From positions 3,487,459 through 3,551,458 of the forward strand of contig BFEA01000015.1 in NCBI GenBank assembly GCA_003427395.1: a stretch of 64,000 nucleotides of DNA. Reading direction: 5' to 3'. Made by a program: the position numbers and the translations under genes. Numbering within the stretch: position 1 is the first letter of the stretch; each line of letters begins with the position of its first letter. Below, piece after piece: positions 39,230 to 49,068 of this stretch. This stretch comes from Chara braunii. Lineage: Eukaryota > Plantae > Charophyceae. The notes under the pieces are model-generated. The model did not search any database. It saw only the letters and a program-made list of their open reading frames with translations, and was not told the origin of the DNA.

Positions 39230-39780
39230 CTTTCTCTACGGGAAGCGATGCCGAAATTTCTACAAAATCAAGGTGTTAGTCAAAACTTTGACTCTTTCAG
39301 GCTCCAGACTTGATGACTTCTTTGACTAGTAAGAATCTGGGGAGCCTCCTTTCCTAAAGGAGGTGCTGCCCAAATTTTTACTAATTCAGGGAGTTAGCCA
39401 AAATTGGGCCCTGAAGGGTCAAAGTCATTGTCAGGTCCTAGAACTTGGCCTTGTATAAATCTTAGACTAGCACTTTCCCCACGGGAAGCGCTGCCGAAAT
39501 TTCTACAAAGCTAAGAAGTTGGTTGAGGTTTTGTCGTGACAGGGCCTAGACGTTATGTCTAAGTTCAAGTCTAACTTAGTATAGATCTGGGGGACCTTCC
39601 TCTCTGAAGGAAATGCTACCCACATTTTTGCTAGGTCAGGGAGTTAGACAAATTTTGACTTTTTGGAATCCAAAGATTTGACTTTTGGACTAGTATTATT
39701 TTCTGCGATGTCACTGTTCCTACGGGAAGCGCTGCCGAAATTTTCCAAAGTTAGAGGAGTTAGCCTATATTTGGACAAGT
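39230..39780 (+). repeat. ~120-bp tandem array with alternating subunits (GGGAAGCGCTGCCGAAATTT / GGAGRTGCTGCCCAAATTT); homologues at 500-910 and 1205-1760 (-) and 10270-10700 (+)
   Basis: Core motif at about 39238, 39358, 39481, 39608 and 39722. Confidence 0.85.
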
Positions 39781-41319
39781 GGCGACCTATGTAGGGGAGG
39801 CTATGGCGAGGTCCCCCTTGCGCTGAGTGCTATCTAGAGGTGGACCTAGACTTGGTTAGATACGACGGCTCGAGTAGGGTTAGGATGTGGAGATCACTCT
39901 CCCTGAGCGTGTAGACTTAGCTTGAGATTGGTCTGGCTTGTGTCACAAGTCTCTTGGATCAAGTCGCTTCAGGACGGGGGCTAGATTCAGCTTTGATCCT
40001 GCAAGGATCACCTTCTGTTATCACTGATAACAGGTCGGTTGCCGGCTCGTCGGTTTACGACTCAACCTCAACCCACTCTCCTTACTGAGCCCTGGTGATT
40101 TTCGCTGTTTTGTTAAGGTTTCATTCGGACTTTTATTGAATGGCCATTTAACAAAGGTACTGAGTATTTACTTAAGGTTGGTTGGCTGGTGGTTGGGGCT
40201 TGCATAGCTGAGGCGAAGGGTATGAGCATGGAGACTAGTTGGAGTTGACTTTGTGTAGTGTATGAACTTCTGCTTGACTCTTTGATGTGATTGCAGGTAT
40301 GTTCCGTGACTTGGATTATTGGATTGGACTGCCTTGCGATCTTACATATGTGCATGAGGAGACCCACTGTGATTGTGAGATGTGATCGTCACATGTTTAT
40401 TCCCCTGTATACATATATACATACATATATGCACGTATGTACGTGTATTTGTGTGGGGTGTTAGCGTGGCCTGAAGGGTTGCGTACTAAGGACCTCATCC
40501 AGGGTTGGAATGAATAGAAGGGAGGGAATGACCCCCCTATTTATATATACGCTTCTAAAGAAATTGTGGTCGGACGTTAGCCCTGTGCCTAGAATACGAT
40601 GGTCCTCGCCCAGGACGACCCAGGCCCCAGGACTAACTCTGAAAAGGTTCACTTCTGATAAAAGTCGAAGGTACTTTCCTCGTTGGGATTTATTTTGGTG
40701 GAACGATAAAGTTCCGGGCGGAAGGGTCAGCGTGTCGCTGGTGATGCGCCAGACAACTCACCACCGCTCAAAATCCCTTCCTGCCCAAGGGACCGTCTTA
40801 CCCCGCACCCGTTGGGACACCTCAGGATGCAGAAGGTGGTAAGGCCCTCAGGCCGGTTTTGCGTCCGTTAAAGGGTTACCTCCCCTTAGCGCGCACTTCA
40901 GCCGACGCCTGAGCATCAGAAGCAACCGCATGGCTCAGAATAGGCCATTCGGGTATGGGCACCACATAATGCGCCGTCATCGCAGTTACTCACGTAGCGC
41001 TGCATAGTGAATTGGTATGCGTAGATCCTACGTTCGAGCGATCTTATACTAAACCTCGCGTATGGCAATTACCGACTTCCACTGCGCAAAGTTATGGGTT
41101 TGATACAAAAGGGACTAGGAGTGTGTCTCGTTGTACGTCCTTCGTGTCGTTCAGTACCCGTGTGCATGTGTGCGCGTGCTTTACTTTTGTGTACCTTGTA
41201 GTGGTGTGTGCGTGGCGTGTGGGATACGTCCTAGTCGACCGGCGACGAGCCGCGCTTGGGACCTCAGCCCCCCAAGGCGTCGGTTCGCGTGCGGGTTCGT
41301 TAGAGGCGTAATACTGCGT

Positions 41320-41650
41320 GTACCCCCTATGCTACAGCGAACGAGAAACGCCCTCGGCTGGTCCACTTCTGCGATTGCAGCTGATCAACTTTCGTATTGT
41401 GGACTGGTAGCTCGGCGGGGATACGCCCACCGGACGGAGGTGACAACTCCCGTAAGGTGGAGGTAAGTCGTGCCTCGCGTAGGCCCTATCCTGTCGTAGG
41501 GGCTCGCGAGGGGTATGGCTGGCGCGCCCGGCCGGAGCGGATTACGGAAGCTCCATGAATGTATTGCAACAAGGGTTGTATCCTGACTCCTGCGTGACGC
41601 AGCCGGGAGGGTCCCGCGCTACCTCTGAGTGGTGCGGGACCGATGCGCTC
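41320..41650 (+). ncRNA. Putative structured RNA block 2 (homologue 13420-13712 +)
   Basis: Stems are retained between B and C despite sequence and length change, e.g. ggtcccgcgctac-ctctga-gtggtgcgggacc vs ggtccc-cctgc-gggacc; ccctat-cctgtc-gtaggg vs cccctat-cctgtc-gtgggg. Confidence 0.5.
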
Positions 41651-44105
41651 GACAGTGCCCTTGTAACTGTATTTTTCTTCTTGAGCTTCGTCCTTCCTGC
41701 CCTCTCTCTTCCTTGATGTGACTGTCTGGCCCGCAGGCTGCATGATCGGATCGATTCGTGGAGAGTGGCTACGTCCCCCACGCCGCGGTCTGGCCATGCA
41801 GAACGTAGGCGATCCCTTCCCTTCTCTCTTCCTAAGTCCTTGCAATTTTGTGTTCTTCGCGCATGCATGCATGCTATAAATTCCACATGCGCTATTAGAT
41901 AGCTCTCTTAACCAGTTGTTGGAAGCTCGGGGCAGTGCGATCATTGAGGGTCGGCTCACGAGCGAAGTAAGAGGTGAATTGAAGTGGAAGTCGGGCGACC
42001 CGACGAGTTGGTGCCGAATGCGCGGGGTTGACGCGTGGGGCTACGACGGACTGTAGCGTGCGGGCGAACTTGACGGGTGGAGGAGGACTACTTGGGGTGA
42101 CGACTTCGTGGGTTGGTGCGTGACGACGGACTGTCCGCATCAGAGAGAGAGAGAGAGAGGAAGAAAGAGTTGAGGTTTATGGACGTGGATTTGCAATTTT
42201 CTCTGTCTTTCCCTTCCAACTTTTGTATATAAATTTTAATCTCGGTTTCGGGTGATTCGCCCGTTTTTTTTGCTCTCGGCATTTTTGTCTCGACTTTGGG
42301 CTGCGTCCATCTATAATTAGTTGTAATCCTTCCTACTAAGTGTTTGATTGTATGGATGCTGCTTTGCGATAAATGAATGATATGTTTGTCGTTTTTTGTC
42401 TAGTCATCATCATTGCTTGTCACTTTGATCCGCTGTTCTGATGTTGTTGCGATGGCTGATGTGTAATGACACCTTGCATGCTCGGAAGTGATTGCTTGTG
42501 GGATCACTTAGTGATTAGATGATTGGGTAGTTGTCCATGACACGTGGCAATTTTGCATGAAGAGTTAAACTCTCACCTTTTTTGGGTACAAGCGAACACC
42601 CCACGGGGATACGTGTAAGCGCGATCTAATCTGCGCAGCCTACACGTATCCATGCGCAGCAATTCATGATCATTAACGAACCTGGCACCTCGGGTAGGCG
42701 GGGGAAATTTTCCTTCTTTCACGCACCTACGCTAATAGGAATTTCTGATACCATATCGGGAAATCCCCTTGTCAGTTAGATGCGTGCGGAAAGTTTCCAC
42801 TATGCCGCAATGACAAAATGACGTACACATGAGACTCAGAGTACTTCGAACCTTGGGTAAGAGAATATCTTAGGCAGAGACGCCCATAATTTCCCTGCTT
42901 AACCGAGAACCGATTGTGCCCCAGAGAGTTTTGCTATGCTGTAACGAGCGATCCAAGGTGTCCCGATTACCCAACTACATATAACTCGCAATACTTCATA
43001 TCCCCCGGCTTTGTTGTTGTCACTACGAATTTTCCTCCCTTCCGTCTCCTCCTCCCGTATCACCAACTCACAGTGGTACCGTGGAATTCCATCGCCCCGT
43101 ATTGGCCCCGCACGCCGTGCAGAAACTGCAGACGACGCGGCCACCGCCGAATTCCTGGAACTACGAAACTTAACCATAACACGCGACGACAGACGCCACG
43201 TGTCTGCACCCGAAGGTCCCACTCATAGGAATCGCAACCCTCACAAACGGGCCTCTCCCGAACCGTCGTCACCAAAACAGACGGATCGGACGGCCCTTGA
43301 GGCACCACGCATGTCATCCACCTTATGACTGCGCAACATCGACCGCCATCAGACCGGAGGTAACCCGCCCCCTAGCTCTATTGCATCTATGCCCCTGGAC
43401 CCGTGCCACAGGAGATCTCAGTTCTGACCTAGGACTCCAACCCCACTTCCCTAAAAATCCTTGGCACACCCCTTTTCGCACTTCCAGGCCCACATCCCAC
43501 TCCGATCAGGAAGTCGCGCCGGGCTTGAGGTTGGGCGTCACAAACCTTCACGAGTCATCTCCCTCCTCTACTTTGGACGATGCCAAGTGAGGGGGGAGAA
43601 TTCCGTCTAGGTAACATTGTGAAATGATTTCCCGGATACGTTGTTTTTCATCCGATGGGATGGATCGAGGGGGCGCAGAGGCCGCCATGCGGAATGTCAC
43701 GACTTAAGACTAACAAAGGCCAGTCTTATACTACGTGAAAACCTATTAGTACCGTTATCCTAATTTCAATGATACTGGAGAAGAAGCTTCCAATAAATAT
43801 GGATAACCTATAATTTCATAACTCTTTTCTCTTTTCCCATACTACCCCAGGTCGAAGAGGGCGGAAAGGGGGGAGAATGTTATACCTGCAATTGGCTCAG
43901 ATCCGATCCACGCCTTCTCTCTCCTTTGGTCAAAGCCTGGGTCAACTGACATAAAAACTCGCCTGGAAATCACCGATTCTTCAGCAACACTCATTTAGGC
44001 GGCTAAGTGTGGGGTAAAATAACCCCGTTCCTTGATCCGAAATTGCACTTTAGCTAATCTCCATGGACAAAATTTTCAAGCAGATGGCCAAAGGCCCTTG
44101 CGCTA

Positions 44106-44210
44106 GAGTCTTCCCCCGAATACAACGTATTGTCATTATAGCTGTATCTAGACTGAAAGATGCCTCAACTACAGCTATAATGACCGTGCGTTGTATTCGG
44201 GGGAAGACTG
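44106..44210. mobile_element. Tc1/mariner(pogo)-like hairpin MITE
   Basis: TA flanks. ~35-bp TIR agtcttcccccgaatacaacg...gtcattatagctgta. Relatives at 53147-54285. Confidence 0.85.
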
Positions 44211-45208
44211 TAGAGGGAAGCTGTCCAGGTCCCTGGTATTTCTCCAGCGACACTCACCCCAGCGAACTACGGTGTGCACAACCCTGCATCCTGCTTAGAC
44301 CTCGGGATTACCGAGGACGGAGCCCTCCGAAGGACCCGCCGAGCTTCGTCACTGAGCCTAGTACGCGGAGCTTCGCTACCGTCCCCGGTAGGGAGTAGTG
44401 TTGTTAGAGCAGCCACTGCAGCACTTTCAAAAGTCGGCCTCCTTCCCTATCTTGGGAAATGTAACTTCGCCATTTTTCTTTTTTTTACGTCTTCCTTTTC
44501 TTCCTTTTGTTACAGTGCCACACAGGTCCAAATAGGCCATGACTCGTGTGCTAGTGGAACCGTGCCCCTGATGGACCAGTGGGAGTCATCAGTTCAGTGC
44601 GGAGAAGGTGAGGGGGTGGGGTAGACGTTGAAGCGGGGGTTTGCGGGACCCAAGCGCGGGCGACAGACACGTGGAATAAAGCTGCACCCCGAAATCTGGG
44701 TACCATCTGAGCGGCGACTACGTGAAAGCTGCACGGGACCAACAACACGCGACCGTGAAAGTGAAACGGCCGACCATGACCGGCCCGATGCTCGTCAGTC
44801 AAGGCCTGTAGCCACCCGCCAACATTTTGAATGCACCTCGTCGATATTCACTCCGGATGCATTCGAAATCTTGGCGGATGGCGACTACTGCAGTGCAACT
44901 ACCTGTGGGCTTTCAGTGGGAGACCGAGTGAGCTGTCCAAACGCTGCACCCGCACATGAACGGAGGGTGTATGCACCTCTGTTCTGTTATTGGTTGACGG
45001 ACGGTGGAGAGCCGAGCTCCTTGTTTCCATTTTTTTTTTTTTTTTTTTTTTTTTCTCCTTGTTTCCGAGCCTGTCCACCTCTCTTTTGCTCCTCCGCTAC
45101 CTGTAGCTCGGTTCGTTCTTCCGCCGACGTCGTGCGCCGGCAGAGGACTGTTTCGTCCAGAAAGCGCCCCGCCTATAGGATAGGTAGGCCTACCAGCGGA
45201 CCCCGCAC

Positions 45209-45242
<34 letters not shown>

Positions 45243-45480
45243 GGCCTCGCTCCACTAGTCTCGAGATGCACAAAAGACAAAATCATGGCCGTGCATCTTT
45301 CCATATTCTAGCGGAAGATTCACTCTCGTTTTGCACATTTCGAGACTACCGAGCGACGCCCTGAGACACGGAAAGACGCACAAACATGCCCTTCTTTTTC
45401 CTTTCTCGTTGTGTATGCTACTGGATAGCGACCATTACAACCCCCCCCCCCCCTCTCCCCCCCAACACACACACACACAC

Positions 45481-45537
45481 ACACACCTGATGAGTCGGTG
45501 AAAGTCCGACGAAACAGTCTGTGTGGCACAGTCGTGC
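45481..45537 (+). ncRNA. Type I hammerhead ribozyme motif between (CA)n tracts
   Basis: cac-CTGATGA-gtcgg-tgaaagt-ccgac-GAAA-c...GTC-gtg: complete catalytic core, perfect 5-bp stem II and a candidate GUC site at 45531-45533. Confidence 0.75.
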
Positions 45538-45573
45538 TTTTTTTGAGTGTTTACACTGTATAGCCAATAAAAC

Positions 45574-45610
<37 letters not shown>

Positions 45611-46130
45611 AGAGAGAGGGGGGGGGGGAGGATTCGAATCTGGGAGTTGCATGTGCTCTCCTCCTTTGTCTCTTTTTATTACTTCGACGATCTTCGACGA
45701 CTTCGGCGTTGATCATTCGTTTAGTGAGTGAGGGTGCGTTCGTGGCGTGCACGAGCCCGAATGAGAGGCGAGCGCTAGTGCGTGGGCGGCGCGCACGAGC
45801 GAACGCGCAAGCGTGGGGCGCACGAGCAGTATGTCGACTGATTCAAGGCATATGCGTTGCGCTAGAAGCTCCGAGAGTGGATCTGGCTGGTTTTACGGCC
45901 ACATGCGTTCTGTTGAAGGCCAAGTGTGAATATGGGAAAATAAGTACGCGCACGTGGCTGTAAACGTGGTCAGATACGTCCTGGAAGTGCTGGTATGAGC
46001 ACGCGCGTAAAAAGTTCTCTTTTTGAAAACAAAAGGGCGCGACGTCCTCGAGATATCATCATTGAAAAACAAATAAAAATAAATCATCGTTGAACTCCTT
46101 TTTCTTTTTCTTTTCTTTTTCTTTTCTTTC

Positions 46131-46315
46131 GGATTGGAGTGAGATCCTGAATCTGGTCGTGTTTTAGGCAGAGATCCCACTACCGGTAGCAAGGAGGATT
46201 GGATTGAACGCCTTAATTTGGCTGCGTTTGTGGACAAGTGCAGAAAATCGAGATTGAACTTCTTTCCTGCATCTCTGCCTAAAACACGCCCAGATTCAGG
46301 ATCTTAATCCACTCC
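46131..46315. mobile_element. Inverted-repeat MITE-like element
   Basis: agatcctgaatctggtcgtgttttaggcagagat (~46142-46175) is the reverse complement of atctctgcctaaaacacgcccagattcaggatct (46271-46304) with one mismatch. Confidence 0.7.
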
Positions 46316-46392
46316 CCGTTGCTAGTGGGACCATGCTCCTCATTGTATCTGGATTCATTCTTCTCTCTGTACTTCAACAGTTCGTTCGTGGC

Positions 46393-46515
46393 GGCCTCGC
46401 TGCACTACTCTCGAAATGTGCAAAACGAGAGTGAATCTTCCCCTAGAATATGGAAAGGTACACCGCCATTATTGTTTGTCTTTTGTGCATGTCGAGAGTA
46501 GTGCAGCTATAGGCC
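46393..46515. mobile_element. PIF/Harbinger-like MITE, copy 1
   Basis: Same family as 52974-53095. TIR gctgcactactctcga. Confidence 0.75.
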
Positions 46516-47414
46516 AAGGTGGTCGCGCGTAATTATTATATTATTGTTTTTTTTTTGAAAGATCGCGCGTAATTAATAGAATACAACCGTTCGGTGGTTT
46601 TTCCGTTTTTTTTCTTTTCTTTTTTTTGTTTTTTCTTTTGATTTTTTTCATTTTTTTTTTTCATTTTTTCAATTGCTACACTCCCGTAGACCGCGGCGGG
46701 ACGAACTCACAACACGCACCGTTTTTTCATTTCGCGCTTTCACGCGCCGCCCACCGGCGGTCGGGGGAAAGTCGCCGCGGTCTGCGGTAGTCAGAGCGCG
46801 ATGAAGGGACAGAAGAGGAGCCAATAGATTCCACCTCTTCGGAGGGGAGGGAGGGGAGGGATTCTACCTCCTTTAGGGTGGTGGAGATTGGGAGGGGAGG
46901 GATTGCACCTCCCTCAAGGAGGAGGTAGGTAGGGGAGGAGTTAGCGGGGCAGACTACCGTACCACTTAGGGAGAGGACGAGATGGGAGAGGGCTGCACGC
47001 GGGATGCAGGCGTGGAAAGAGAGGAAACAGGACAGGAGGGGTGTGCTTCGTGGCGCCAAAACACGTGACCAAAAGATTCATCGGTGCAAACCATCGGCGG
47101 GGGCGGGAGCGGGAGCACAGGTGGGCTCGACCGAGCAGCCAGCACAGCACGAAATACAATATACAATATGGTATAATATCGAGTTGAAGGTGTAGAACTT
47201 ACGTATGCCAGTCTTGTGAGAGCATAGTGGAGACGAAGGACGCAGGCAGCCAGCGGGCGGGAGGACAGCCTGGTGGGGGGGCACGTGGACGACTGTGTGC
47301 GTGCGTTTGCATCGCTATTTCACTTCATTCATCTCTTCGGGCCGGGGGAGGGGCAGGCGGGGAAGGGGGAGGGAGGGGAAGGTTGGCATAACTAGCCTGC
47401 GTTGCGTTCTTGTC

Positions 47415-47475
<61 letters not shown>

Positions 47476-47912
47476 GGTAGTGTGCTTGATTTTGAGGGAA
47501 ATTGAAATAAAGCTTCTAGGAACAGACATTTTGGACAAAAAACATTAAGAACAGGAAACGAAGAGCGGGAGGGGGACGGGGTGGCGCGCGAGGAGATGAT
47601 GATGGCTCAAATTGACTGAGAGAATATATTTGATGGGAAGAACGAGTGGGGCACACTCGTTTGGGGGAGGGAACTGAGATTGAGGAAGCGCATAGTGGCT
47701 TAAATTGACCTGCCAAAGTCTCGATTTCCATTCTGTGTTTTTGGTTGATTGGCTTTTCCAGAATCGTTAGCTCTACTTTGCGTCCGTTCGCACGAAGAGT
47801 TGCCTGGCTCCCTGCCTCTTGCTCTGTCGCTGCACACATATTTCTCTCTCCCTGTCTCCCTCCGTCATACACACGCTGGCATCCTCACATACAGACATAC
47901 ACACACACACAG

Positions 47913-47979
<67 letters not shown>

Positions 47980-48758
47980 TTCATTTTTTTGGCAAGTACA
48001 TGTTTGGAATGCGATCTCTTTTTCGCGAAATCGTATGGAAAAAGCCGAACATGTGAAAGAAAGATAAAGCTTGTGAGATCTCGCACGAAGGGAAAAACTG
48101 GCAAAAAGTTTTTCCCCTTGTGAGAGAGGGTTATCGTCGGATTTATCTGCCGACGGACGACAAGTTTGACACGTGGACGAGGGGAAAAATTTGCTGAAAA
48201 CGGTATCACAGATTTTATCAATCAACGATTGTGTGGCAACGCCAAATTTTGTGTGATGAGGATGAGGAGATGGACTTTTAATCGGGGTGAATGAATGTTT
48301 TGATTGGCGACTGGTTGTGGTGTGTAGAATGATGGGTGTGTGTCCTTGTGATTTGAAATTCGCGATTAATTAATCCGGTGATCGATTACGTGGGGAGGGA
48401 AGTGTTATTGTTGTGTGCTCCTCCGGAGGCAGAGAATCGATTTGATTTGATTCGATTTGCAGACAATTTGTTCAGTTAGAGAGAGATGGTGACACGTGGC
48501 GACTCTGGGGCCACAAGAGGGTTCATCGATCTGTCGGTGATGATTGAGCCGTGATTCTATCCCGATTTGAAGGTGAGGGGAAACTGAGGTGGGGGGGGGG
48601 AGGGGGAAAGAGGGGAAGAGGGGGGAAGGGAGAGGGAGGATGGAATGGAACGCATTTATTTGATAGCCTGATCGATTTGATTTTTTGTTAAAGCTCCCGC
48701 GCTGTTCTCCAGAGAAGAATAGGGCGGCGGGGGGATCGGAAGGGTAGTCTCGATTTAG

Positions 48759-48795
<37 letters not shown>

Positions 48796-49068
48796 GAACT
48801 GGTGTGACTTGTGCGGAGTCTTGGCGTTTGAGTAGGCGTGTGACACGTGGCGTTCCAGTACACAAGGTGTGTGTGTGTGGTGTTGAGCTAGAAAAGCGTG
48901 AACTGCTCAGGGAAACTACTCGACGAGTTTGGAGCTGATTGCTTGCTTGATTGATTGCTTGATTGATTGCTTGCTTGCTTGATTGCTTGATTGCTTGCTT
49001 GCTTGATTGATTAGTTGATTAGTTGATTAGTTGATTGATTGATTGATTGATAAACTCGGGAGTTGTCG

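Larger units (their letters stand above)
36600..41650 (+). mobile_element. Non-coding multi-module repeat element, copy C (least interrupted)
   Basis: Colinear with copies A and B. No long ORF. Boundaries are approximate. Confidence 0.8.
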
